Origin: Mobula hypostoma
Lineage: Eukaryota
NCBI RefSeq assembly: GCF_963921235.1
Contig: NC_086097.1
Coordinates: 147,314,001 to 147,378,000, forward strand
Direction of reading: 5' to 3'
DNA: 64,000 nt
Of the stretch, positions 13,146 through 25,197 are shown piece by piece (the stretch's first letter is position 1; each line of letters starts with the position of its first letter). The translations under genes were made by a program, and so were the position numbers. The notes beneath the pieces were generated by a model that saw only the letters and a program-made list of their open reading frames with translations, was not told the DNA's origin and did not search any database.

Positions 13146-16100
13146 GGACTCCTCCCCTCTAGCCGACTCCTGATGGTCCTAACTGCTAGAGAGTCAATGA
13201 TGGTCGTCAGGGATGAGAGACAGATCCAAGATTGCTCCTACAGGAACCTAGTGCCGTTCCTCAGGTCCGAATCCTTCCTAGTCCACAAGGTATCGCCAAA
13301 TACCCTGAACAGCTTGTGAATCCAAAATTCTTCTCACAGTGAAGACCTGTTCCCATCGGCAAAACCTGGGTGGTGGCGGGACTGATGGCAATAAGGCTGA
13401 AGGGCTGGTATTCACAGGCTTTAATTTGGAAATGTGGAAAGTGGGATTGATTTTGAGGGTCTTGGGGTGTTGCAAGGTGAGGACATCAGATTTACTTTCC
13501 TGAGAACCTTGAAGGGCCCAATGAACTTGGGCACCAATTTCCTAGCAAGAGCTGTTGCCCAGGCTACAAATCTGGTTCCTGTCTTCTCTTATGGTTTAAC
13601 CTTTATTTCAGCCCTCCGAATAGAAGCTAACAAAATCTCCCTTGCCCTAGTCATTAATGTTTGCAGTGTTAAATGAGATCATCAGCTGCAGAAAGCCCTA
13701 CCTCAGACACCTGCTCAGGAAAGAGTGGCGAAGAATACCCAGATTGGTATTCCAAAGAGAACATCCTGTGCACCAAATGCCATAAAGTGTTGTGGGTGAT
13801 CTTTGCCCACATCTAATGGTTGCACCACTCATTCCATCTTTCAGAGGCCAGACATCTTAAGGTTCATTCCAAATCTTGGTTCACCCGCTCCACCTGGCTA
13901 TTGGACTGTGGGTGAAACCTAGAGGAAAGACTCAGTGTGGTCCTGGTCAGTTTACAGAATGCCCTCCAGAAATGTGACGCAAATTGTGGACTTTAATCTG
14001 GTACAAATGTTCATCAGAAAACTGTGTATCCTGAAGACCTGGTGCAGGACAATTTCAGCCATCTCCACTACAGATGGTAGTCTGTCCAAGGTGATCAACT
14101 TGCAGGCCTTCAAAAAGTGATCCACAATTACCATTACCATTGGAAGGAGAAAGACCTGTGACAAAGTCCACGGAGATGTGCACCCGTGGTCTGCCTGGAA
14201 GAAGAAGTGGTTGAGGTTGTGTTGCGAGGCTCTTGTTCCGGGTGCACACCTTACAAGCCTGCACAGGACTCCCTCACCATTCCTACTTCTCTTAATGAAC
14301 TCGAGTGTCCTGTCAATCCCTGGGTGAGCGGTCATTCTCGATGCATGACCCCATTGAAGAACCAGAGACCGGATGGAACTTGGAATGAATAGCTGACCCA
14401 AAGGGCTGTTCTGGCGAAAATCCCTCAGTGTCTGGGTCTTGCGAATAAGCATGTTGACTCCCCAGTAAATTGGTGCTTATCACTTTGGCTTGTGGCAAAA
14501 TGATGGTAGACTGCTCCTCTCATTTGTGTTTATCAAACTGACGGGGCAGGTATCTGGCTTCTTGTGCTTTGATCCCGGTCAATAGGTCAGGATGAAATTA
14601 AAATGGTTAAAGAAAATAGACCACCTGGCCTGTCTGGAATTCAGTCTCTTGGCCTCCTGAATATCAGCCAGTTTCCTGTGGTCTATCCAAATGATAAAAG
14701 AGTTCTTGGCCCTCTCAAGCCAAAGGTGCCACTCCACCAGAGCCAACTTTAACCACGAGCAGCTCTCTATTTGCAATGTCGTAGTTCACTTCTGCCAGGG
14801 ATAGCCACCTGGAAAAGAATGCACACAGGTGCAGCTTATTGTCCGAAGGTATCTGTTGAGACAACACTGCACCCATTCTGACATCTGAGGCATGAACCTC
14901 CACGGCAAAGGGAAGATCTGGGTTAGGTGCAACCAAAATGGGAGCTATCATGAACCCTGCTGTTTGAGCTCTGCAAAAGCAGCCTCCACTTTGGTAGTCC
15001 AAACAAAAGTACCTGTGGATCTCTTGGTTAGTGCTGTCAGTGGAGCAGTCACTGAGTTGAAGTTTCTGAAGAACTTTTGGTAAAAGTTAGCAGATCCCAG
15101 GAATCATTGGACTTGTTTCACACTGGATGATTGTGGCCAATCTCCAGCTGTGTGTCTTACTAAGATCCATCTTAAGATTGTCATTAGAGATGATGAAACC
15201 CAAAAATGGAATGGTGTTTATGTGAAATTCAGACTTCTCCACCTTGACGTAAGGTCCATGATCAAGAAGCCTCTTCAGGATATCTCTCACATGAGTGATT
15301 TTCTCCTCCATGGACTTCGAGAAAATTAGGATGTCATCCAAGTAGTTGAAGGCATACTTTTGGGGAGCATCCCAGAGCACATTGTTTATAAAAGCCTAGA
15401 AAAATGCTAGCGCATTCACAAGGCCTAAGGAAATGACCAGGTACTCATAGTGCCTTGCCGATATGTTGAATGCCATGTACCACTCGTCACCCTCCTTTAT
15501 GCCAGCCAGATTGTATGCACTCTGCAAGTCTAGCTTCAAAAATATTCTTGCCCCTTGGGGAATCTCGGAGACAGTGTTCATGAGTGGAAGAGGGTAGTGA
15601 TTCTTGACCATTATGCGATTTTGTCCTTTGTAATCAATGCATGGCCATAGGCTCACATCCTTTTTCTGTACAAAGAAGAAGCCAGCACCAGCTGGAGAGG
15701 TAGAGGGTTAAATGAATCCCAAAGGAGTGAAGTTCCATAACACTTGTCTCCGGGCCTGAGTGCACGTATAATCATCCCTGCTGAGGACAGGTATCAGGCA
15801 GAAGATCAATAGCACAGTCATAGGATCAGTTCAGTGGAAGAGTTAAGGCCTTTCCCTTGTTGAAGACCTCTTCCAAATCCTTGTACATGGAATGGATTTC
15901 TACTGGCTTGGGTTCTGCAATTACCCTCAAATCTTCCTCTGAGAATGACTCCTGAGGCTCCTTAGGTAACGGGGGTGATCCGGCAGATCCCAGTGTCTAT
16001 CCATCAGTTCACAAGAGTCTTCAGTGAAAACAGAAGCCAAATCACAGTCCAAATCCTTGTCCTCAGACATCAGCAGCAAGGTTCAACAAATAGTCATTGT

Positions 16101-16445
16101 GCTCCTTGGACTAAGCTCCAAGGGTCTCCGTTTTGGAGCCTTTCCCTTAGACAGGACCTGGCAAATGGATCCTGTTGGCTTAGCTGCTAGAGTTCCAGAC
16201 TGCATGGGCACCTCCTTGGCTTGCTCCTGAACTAGAGATCTAGTTCCAGCTAGACAGGGTCAGGGCTCACACGGACCTAATGGCTGGTGCCAGCTTGTCT
16301 GGGTTTCCTAAAGGCTCCAGGTTACCTCAAACAGAAGGCTGCCCCCTCATCAGCCACTGGTCTCGGCTATGTCTGGACATCTTCTCACTGTGACTGGTCA
16401 CAGCAGACGAAATACTCCACTGGGTCCATGCTGGCTCAGATGTAC

Positions 16446-16984
16446 TGTGATGAGAGTCCTCGATGAGGAATGTTTGGACTCAAATGCTGGAGTATCCGAG
16501 GCTAGGATCGAGAACTGAGAACAAAACAAAATGCAAGATGATATGCAACACACATCAAAGTTTCTGGTGAACGCAGCAGGCCGGGCAGCATCTCTAGGAA
16601 GAGGTACAGTCGACATTTCAGGCCGAGACCGTTCATCAGGGTCTGATGAAGGGTCGCGACCCGAAATGTTGACTGTACCTCTTCCTAGAGTTGCTGCCTG
16701 ACCTGCTGCATTCACCAGCAACTTTGATGTGTGTTGCTTGAATTTCCAGCATCTGCAGAATTCCTCGTGTTTGCGCAAGATGATATCCCTGGTTGGGCTT
16801 ATGATTGAGCACAGTTACTTCATTCAGGTGCTCTTTAAATACTCAGTTCTTGGCACTCAAAACATGATTGCCAATTCGTGGAATGGTCCTGAATCTTTAA
16901 AGGGACCGTGCAAGTTAGCCATATTCTGGGGAGTTAAAATGTCCAAAGCTCAGAAGCTGACACATTTGGGTGCATGTTGTAACA
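16446..16984 (-). repeat. 5' LTR (contains a PLE insertion)
   Basis: tgtgatgagag...ttgtaaca; followed on the minus strand by ATGGACCCA (MDP gag-type start). Confidence 0.85.
16545..16774. mobile_element. Fold-back PLE terminal-repeat insertion with two hammerhead cores
   Basis: 95-bp inverted arms 16545-16639/16643-16737 plus tail; 12-bp TSD gcaagatgatat 16533-16544/16775-16786. Confidence 0.88.
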
Positions 16985-17828
16985 GGTCCTGAAGAGAGTT
17001 AAGAAACAATTTTGCACAATGGCTCTAGAAATGATCAATTATATGGATTTAAAAAAGCTACTCTCCTTAAGGCAGAAAAGGTTGTGAGGTATTTTAACAA
17101 AAGTGTTCAGTGTTAGTAAAAGTTTTCTAACTTCTACAGTTAGTAGAAATGTCACTTTGTCTTGACATTTGGGCTTGAGACAAAAGTAATTGAAGAGAAC
17201 TTGCTGGTACTGATGGAAGCATAGAAAACCAAAGGACATAGTTATAGAATTATTGGCCAAAGAACTTGGGGTGAAATGTGAAAATAACATTTTCAGTCAG
17301 TGTGTAGCCACTGTCTGAAACACTGATGAATCCTAGTTCAGCTATAAAGAGAATCTGTGGGGTGGCTATTTCTTATAGGATCACAGAGCAAAAATTAAGG
17401 ATTTGGACAGACTAGATTGTTCTTGCACAAAATCATCATGGGCTTATTATTTGCTCTTTGTATTGCAAAGATAGGGCACTAGCCAGAAAAGCATTAGAAT
17501 TGTTGGGAATTGCAGATGAAGCAGATCTTACTACTTTTACCAGCATTCTCATCCTTTCTTAGACATCACTTTCAGCAAATTGTGTAAATCTCTTGACAGT
17601 TAAAGAGTGAGGAATTAATTAGCATGCAGCATATTTGGAAATTGACTCACTAGTTGAAACTACTTTGTGACTCCAAGGTAAACAGATACAATTGAGTGAG
17701 CTCTCTTATCGATACTGGGTTCTTTTTGGCTTTCTTGTGCATGCTTCCATATTAGCCGAAATTCTTTGGCTCCATACTGTCTGGTTTCCACCAGTCTATG
17801 GTCTGAATTGTGCTGAAGACTAGCCAGT

Positions 17829-18442
17829 CTACTTGGTCTCGTTTTAAAATTCAACCCTTTTGGATAAATCTAAGAGTCTTATTGGAACAAATTACTGGAA
17901 CTCAACTTCCACATAACCCTGTATTATTTCTATTAGGTGATATTGAAGGGATAAAGCCGAAACTTAAATTGAATAAATATCAGAAAGAATTTATAAAAAT
18001 TGCATTGGCAGTAGCTAAGAAGACTATAGCAGTTACTTGGAAATCTGATTCGTATTTAAGTATGGATCGTTGGAATAATGAAATGGCTAGTTCTATTCCA
18101 CTCAAAAAAATTACTTATAATTTAAGAGATAAATATGTAACATTTTTGAATATTTGGCGCCCTTATTTACAAAAGATAGGATGGCATATTTAAGTGCTCC
18201 AATAAAGATCTTGGTCCCTTGGGGAAAGTAACAAATAATTATACCAAATTTATTTTGAATCCCATGGAGCATGTGGAAATCTTCCAATACCCAGGCGGCT
18301 CTTCTTTTTTTTTCTCTCTTCTTTCTTTTTAGGTAGGACTATATATGGGGGTGGGGGGGAGGGTTAAGGGGAGGGGGGAGGGTAGATTTTATCTTTTCAT
18401 GTATTCTTTTTGAAAGCTCAATAAAAATTATATTATAAAAAA
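17829..18442 (+). mobile_element. 5'-truncated L1/Tx1-clade LINE
   Basis: ORF2 C-terminus (FW..., AKKTIAVTWKS, F.NIWRPYL); G-rich 3' UTR; AATAAA 18420; A tail; 13-bp TSD aagactagccagt 17816-17828/18443-18455. Confidence 0.92.
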
Positions 18443-19420
18443 AAGACTAGCCAGTGATTCCATAGATAAAAGCCTGTGAGCTGCCAGGTATGAGGTAGCC
18501 TGTTCTTGACTTCTCCATTTTTGTGCTCTACATATAAGTTAGGAACTGGCCGGAGTTCAGATGCACACACATCTGAACCTTTCTACCCCCCTGGGAGGCT
18601 CACTGTTGAATCTAGGCTATTCTGTAATTTTGTAAGGGGCACGTTTATTACATATCTGGCCCCACAACATAATAAGAGATATAATAATGCATCTAGTGTC
18701 AAGTGACTGGGAGTTATAAACTTCATCCAGAAATAAATATATGCATATCTGAACATAATTTTTCTCTAATTCTCAGTATAATTGCTTTCAAAGTAATTGT
18801 CAGTTTCATTTATTATGGAAGAATCTGGCACATTGTCGAGAAAGAATAATTCAATGAGTAGAACCACATTATGTTAGATAGCAGTTTGAGTAAGATTGAT
18901 AAATGGAAGAGCTTGAATCAACACACAAAACACTACAGGAACTCAACAAAACAGTAGCATCAATAGAGGGAAATGGGACATTTTGGACTGATGCCCTTCA
19001 CCTGGACTGGTCCAGTCTCTTGTGTCCCCTGAGCTTGGATCAAATATGGGTTTCTATACTAATATATTTTGTTTTGAAGAAGTGAGAAGGAAATGAGAAG
19101 CATTAAACTTAAGTGTTATGGTGTAGGGGAACTAATTAGGCATCACTTCAAGGAAGAAGCAAAGAATTTTAGCCCATTGGGGTGTAGGCTGGAGGGGTAG
19201 AGAGATTGAAAATTTATGGTGTAAAATTGACCGAGGTTAGAAAAGAAAGGATAGGCAGAAGTATAATGAAGATGGGAATAAATACATTCTATGGGACAAG
19301 AACAGATTGAAACAGTGGGTCTACTGGTAGTTCTGCTTGAGAATACAGTATCAGGGAAAAGTGAAAGTGGGCTCCAGGTGAAGTTCTCCAAATGTCCTAT
19401 CCAAAGTCTATTCTTTAAAC

Positions 19421-20629
19421 CAGGGGTCCCCAACCTTTATCGCACTGCAGACCGGTATCATATTGACAATATTCTTGCGGACCGGCCGACCGGGGGTGGT
19501 GGGGGTAGGGTTGCCAACAGACGAGAGTAGCAGTCAGATACGCTGGGGTTACCCCGAGAAAGACTACAATGACCAGGAAGCCTTGCGCGGGCACCAGCGC
19601 GCATGTGTAACTTGCGCATGCGTGTACGTTTTTTTCTACAAATCGTTTTTGGCGATTCTGTTCGGGGGGGGGTGTTAATCAAGACCGGAATATAGGTGAT
19701 AATTAGCTAATACACTCAATTTCGTTTCTAAAAGGGTTTATCTAACAAATTTAATATTAAACACACAGCGCATATTTTCCTCGCATGAATATAGTGATAA
19801 GTCAATTATCAGGGGAGGACGGGAGCTTGAAGTAAGTGTTGAACGAACTTCCAGTAGAAGTGGTAGAGGCAGGTTCAATATTATCATTTAAAAAAAAAAT
19901 TGGTTAGGTATATGGACAGGAAAGGTATGGAGGGTTATGGGTTGAGTGCAGGTCGGTCGGACTAGGTGAGAGTAGCGTTCGGCACGGACTAGAAGGGCCG
20001 AGATCGCCTGTTTCTGTGCTGTAATGGTTATATGGTTATATAAGTAAGTCAATAGTATCATAACATTTTAAGTAACGTTTGGATATTAAACACGCAGCAC
20101 ATATTTTCCCCGTATGAACATATAAAATCATTGTAACACACCAATATTGCTGAATCAGTGGGAGCCCTGGGCTTGTTTCCCTACAACAAGACGGTCCTAT
20201 CGAGGGGTGATGGGAGACAGCAATACTCGAAGGGGGTTCCTTATGTCCAGTCTATTCCGCAATTTAGTTTTCGTTGCATTCATTGCAGAGATATGTTGGA
20301 AATGGAAGCAACATTTTCAGTGCTTTTGTAGCTCTCTCAGGATTTTTAGCCTTGACTTTGATCCAGAATGCCGCTGGAGATGTTATGTCAAACATACTTT
20401 TCAGCCTGCCGTCATTTGCAAGCTCAAGGAGTTACTCTCCTTCCCGCGCTGAAAAGCATGAAGAGTGTGTAATGACCTCGCGTGTATAATGGCTCAACAG
20501 TGGCCGTGACAGGGAATGAGGAAAGGTGCAGCTGACTCCTATCGCCAAATCATATCTTTTCCTCGCAGCCCGGTAGCGCATGCCTTGCGGCCCGGTACTG
20601 GTCCGTGGCCCGGTGGTTGGGGACCGCTG
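19421..20629 (-). mobile_element. Non-autonomous hAT-Charlie (Charlie3/MER1-like) DNA transposon
   Basis: TIRs CAGGGGTCCCCAACC / GGTTGGGGACCGCTG; perfect 8-bp TSD ctttaaac 19413-19420/20630-20637; transposase C-terminus 20155-20433 (LLELANDG..FWIKVK..LLPFPT..KTKLRNRLD..KQAQGSH*). Confidence 0.93.
19827..20045 (+). mobile_element. CR1 3' end inside the hAT element
   Basis: gaacttccagtagaagtggtagaggcagg ... gaagggccga..gcctgtttctgtgctg, (tatggtta)n tail. Confidence 0.85.
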
Positions 20630-21364
20630 CTTTAAACAAGATTGATAAATGCTATCACTATGGAGGTGTGCTTTTACTGATAAGTCATCAATTAAAAACA
20701 TTAACTCAGTTCAGACTATAAGACATAAGAGCAGAATTAAGCCATTCGGCTGATTGAGTCTTCTCCAACATTCCATCATGGCTGATTAATTAGACCCCTC
20801 AACCCCATTCTCCTCCCTTTGCCTCATAACCTTTGATGCCTTGACCAATCAAAAACCCATCAATCTTCGTTTTAAATCTACCCAATGACTTGGCCTCCAC
20901 AGCTGCCTGTGGCAGTGAATTCCACAGATTCACCACCCTCTCACTAAAGAAATTCAGGCTCTTCTCTGTTCTAAATGAATGTCCCTCAATTCTGAGGCCT
21001 TGCCCTCTGGTCCTTGACTGTCCCACTATATGAAATATCCTCTCCATATCTACTCATTCTAGGCCTTTCAATATCCAATAGGTTTTAGTAAGATCCTCCC
21101 GCATTCTTCTAAGCGCCACTGTTTCCAGGCCCAAAGCCATTAAATGCTCTTCATGCATTAACCCTTTCATTCCTGGACTCATTCTCGTGAACCTCCTCTG
21201 GACCCTCTCCAAAGCCAGCACATCTTTTCTTAGATAAACGGCTCACAATTCTCCAATGCTGCCTGACCAGTGCCTTACAAAGCCTCAGTATTACATCCTG
21301 CCTCTTGAAAAGGATCCTAGTAATACATTTGCTTCCCTTACCACTGACTCAACGTGCAAGCTAA

Positions 21365-24119
21365 TGTAGCAAGCTGTAAGGTTTCGCTGCTAATGTAATG
21401 ACCTCTCTGTAATATTTCACTACTAAGGCTAATGGAGTGGCTTCTCTGTAATGTTCTACTGCTGAGGTAATGATTTCTCTGTCGCAGCAATGTTTGGGTT
21501 ATTACTAGAGATAGCGGGGTATGTTAGCCAATGAGCAAGATGTTTTTCTGTCTTGTGTCTCTGGGAGCCTCAGGGAGAAATGAAGAGAGAAGAGGCGAAT
21601 GGAGAGAGTTGGTAGACCGCCGGACGGAGTGGACTTGGAGCAAGGATCTGAAGGGCAGCGATCATCAGAGGAGGTTGATGGTGGACAAACAGCCTTATCA
21701 GTGAGCTCCAATGTTTGTGCATTAGACTGTTTCATGAGAATGAGCCCTGTTTTTTGTTTCTTTACTAACCATATGGTCAAATTAAGAATTATAAAACTCA
21801 GTCGTTTAATCGTATATTGTGTACTGTTTGTTATTTCGTGGTACTGATTTGTAACAGGGGACACATCGCACAGCATCCACCCAAACGAGATTTCTTAAGT
21901 TTGGACGGACCGGGGGCTACCATCCCCTATATTAAGCTGCGAGCTGAATTGAGAGTTACAATTGTGGGGGCTCATCCGGGATTGATTCCATTGGATGCTG
22001 TGTGATTACCCTGAGTATTGAACCAGTGGGGTAGATATTTGTACTCTGGATGAATTGTTAATTTGCCTGTTAAGTACTGTTAAAGTTGCGATTGTGGAAG
22101 GATGTTTGATAAAATGATGGGCGGAGCTCTCGTTTTAATGCAGGCCAGTGCTGACGTAGCGTTAGCTGGGGGCAGAGATTTCAAATACAGGGTTCTATTG
22201 TTTCTGAGGAGAGAGGAAAAGGAGGGACAGGAGCGAGCGGTGGATTAACTGGGGGTTTCTGATGACACAATTCCCCAAGTTTACTGTAAGCTGACTGCTC
22301 TGAAGACAAATCAGCTGCCGGAATTGAGTTCTGGGGAAGTGGCAGCTGCTCAGTGAGATGATATAGGCATTGGTACCATTTGGGCAGCGGTCGAAAAGGG
22401 TGACATGGCTCAGGTGAAGAAGACAAAACATGCATTGGTGTCTGCATTACTGCAAGAATGGCCTTGGTTGGAGTTGAAGAACCAGATCTTATACCGGGTC
22501 ACGTCATCCCCGAACCGACCTCAGCGTTGCCAGCTGGTTCTGCCTGAGAAGTATTGGAGGATTGCATTGAAGTCACTTCATGATGATTCTGGATGTTTGG
22601 GAAAAGTCCTATGGATTGCTCAGAGACTGGTTTTACTGACCCCGGATGAAATCGGAGGTCAAAGAATACTGCAAGTCATGCATTCAATGTATAAGGCGGA
22701 AGACAGTGCCTACGCGGGCAGCTCCCTTGTCCCACTTGCAGAGTGTGGGGCCTCTGGACCTAATGTGTATGGATTTCCTGTCAATAGAACCCAATGCCAG
22801 CAACACGGCAAATGTCTTAGTCGTTAACGACCACTGCACCAGATATGCTCAGGCTTCTCTTACCAAGGACCAGAGGGCGTCTATGGTGGCAAAAGTGTTA
22901 TGGGAGAAGTATTTAATTTATTATGGCCTTCTCAGGTGGATACATAGTGATCAGGGATGGAATTTTGAGAGCAGACTCATCCATGAATTACTGGGCATGC
23001 TTGGAGTTGAGAAGTCGAGGACCACGCCCTATCACCCGCAGGGCGATCCCCAGCCAGAGAGGTTTAGTCGGACCTTGCTAGACATGCTCGGGACCCTGGA
23101 GATTAGCAAGAAGAGGAAGAGACTCCCGGCCCTTCTCACACTGAGTCAGGTGAAGTGAGGGGGTGGTTGCTATATGTGGGCAGCCTGGTTTGCAGCAGGA
23201 CTCTGCAGGGGAGGAAGCGGGGCTTGGCCACGGGACAGAGGAGTCCAAGTTGTAGGTAGGCACAAGTGACAGGTCGGGGGAGGGCACACCTGGTAGACCA
23301 GAAGTATCCCCAGTAGTGTCTGAACCTGAAGAGTTAGGTGAGGGGGTATGGAGGTCTCAGAGAATTAGAAGACCACCGGATAGGCTGGCCTATGTAGCAG
23401 CAGGAGAGCAGACTGTTTTAGGGAGCTGTGTCGCTGCCTTGTGTACCTGGATTGGACTTCATGTTTTGCAGGAAGGGTTGTCGAATTATCTCAATGTCAT
23501 GAGGACATGACTAAATTTGGTGGGGGGAGAGTGTAACGCGCTGTAAGGTTTCACTGCTAATGTAATGGTTTCTCTGTAATGTTCCACTGCTAAGGTAATG
23601 GTTTCTCTGTAGCAGCAATGTTTAGATTATGACTAGAGATAATGGGACACGTTAGCCAATGAGCAGGATGTTGTTCTGTCTTGTGTGTCTGCAAGCCGTA
23701 AATTTGCAGTCTTTTGCCAGGGAGAGATGAGGAGAGAAGATGTGAATGGAGAGAGTTGTTAGACCGCCGGACGGAGTGGACTTGGAGCAAGGATCTGAAG
23801 GTCAGTGACGATCAGAGGAGGTCGATGGTGGACAAACGGCCTTATCAGTGAGCTCCAACGTTTGCACATTAGGCTGTTTCATGAGAATGGGCCCTTTTCT
23901 TTCTTTTTGTTTCTTTACTAACCCTAACCATATAGTCAAATCAAGAATTATAAAGCTCAAACGTTTAATCACATATTGTGTACTGTTTCTTATTTCGTGG
24001 TACTGATTTGTAACTGGGGACACATCACGCAGCATCCACCCAAATGAGATTTCTAAAGCTTGGCCAGGCCAGGGACTATCATCTCCTATATTAAAGCATT
24101 AGCCAAACCGAGAGTTACC
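21365..24119 (+). mobile_element. Internally deleted Gypsy LTR retrotransposon (integrase only)
   Basis: LTRs 21365-21960 and 23532-24119; 4-bp TSD ctaa; PBS; PPT 23518-23531; integrase CKSC, MDF, HSDQG, TTPYHPQG..ERF, RSQRIRRPPDRL. Confidence 0.93.
21965..21982 (+). promoter_or_regulatory. Primer-binding site complementary to tRNA-Pro
   Basis: TGGGGGCTCATCCGGGAT versus the canonical TGGGGGCTCGTCCGGGAT (one CpG-type change). Confidence 0.85.
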
Positions 24120-24924
24120 CTAATTTTTAGAGAATCCTGCATGAGGATTTCCCTTTGCAACTCTAATTTCTGAATTTGCTCCCTGTTTGAAAAACAGAAT
24201 ATGCCTTTATTTTTTCTTCCAAAGTCCATGACCATACACTTCCCTACATTATATTCTATCTGCCACTTATTTGCCTATTCTCCCAATCCACCCAAGTCTT
24301 TGTACAACCTGCCCTTCCATCTCAAACCAAATCTTCAATTCATCCAAAGACCTGGACACAAGCCATCAATCACCATTCAAATCATTGACATACAACATGA
24401 ACAGAAACAGACCCAACACTGACCTCTGAGGAACACCACTAATCATCGGCAGCCAATCGGAAAAAGGCTCCCTTTATTCCTACCTATTGACTCCTGGCAG
24501 TCAGCTAATCTTCTATCCATACTAGTATCTTTCCCATAATACCATGGGCCCTTATCTTGTTCAGCTGCCTCATGTGCAACACCTCGTCGAAGGCTTCTGA
24601 AAATCCAAGTAAATAACTTCCACTGACTGTCCTTTGTCTATCCTGCCTATTACTTCATCAAAAAATTCCAAAGATTTGTCAGGCAAGATTTTCACTTAAG
24701 GAAGCCACACTGCTTTTGTTTCCACAGTTCCTGTTACTACAGATGTTGCTTCACCTGCTTGTGTATTTTCAGCAGTTTCCATTTTTACTTTAGATTTCCA
24801 GCACACATGTCCATGTCACTAATTTTGTTCTGTTTCTCATAATATTTATGAAATATCATTTGTAAATAAAACATTTTGAGAGATGCAGAGGATTTGAGCA
24901 GTGTAATATAAATGATTTTCTTTT

Positions 24925-25197
24925 GGCCACCTTTCACTTTTTCATTTATGAAAGTCTTACCTGCACTTGAATTTCCAAAATGCAACATCTCACCTTTATC
25001 TGAATTAAACTCTATTTGCCTTCCTCAGCTGATTAAGATCCTCCTGAAATGTTGATAACCTTCTTCACTATCCACTATGCCATCGGTTTTAGAGTTATCT
25101 GCAGACTGACTAAACATGTCCTGTGCATTCTTATCTAAATAATTGATGTAGATGACAAATAGTGGGCCCAACTGAATCCCCTGAGGCTCACTACTAG
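24925..25197 (-). mobile_element. Old CR1 RT fragment
   Basis: PQGIQLGPLFVIYINYLD...SADNSK. Confidence 0.7.

Larger units (their letters stand above)
12827..16984 (-). mobile_element. Gypsy chromovirus (Sushi/Tf1-like) LTR retrotransposon, degraded, gag/protease largely missing
   Basis: Paired TG..CA LTRs; PPT 13146-13160; RT (CIDY, YLDDILIFS), RNase H (HASD, RELL), integrase, chromodomain; near-TSD ggtct/ggtcc. Confidence 0.92.
20716..24711 (-). mobile_element. CR1 3' portion, split by a Gypsy insertion
   Basis: 3' UTR and FFSERVVNLWNSLP at 20716-21364; resumes at 24120 (agaatcctgcatgagg). Confidence 0.88.

Noticed and set aside
21390..21482. Spaced short direct repeats resembling an array
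   Set aside because: Degenerate tandem units inside a Gypsy LTR; no CRISPR structure, and the DNA is eukaryotic
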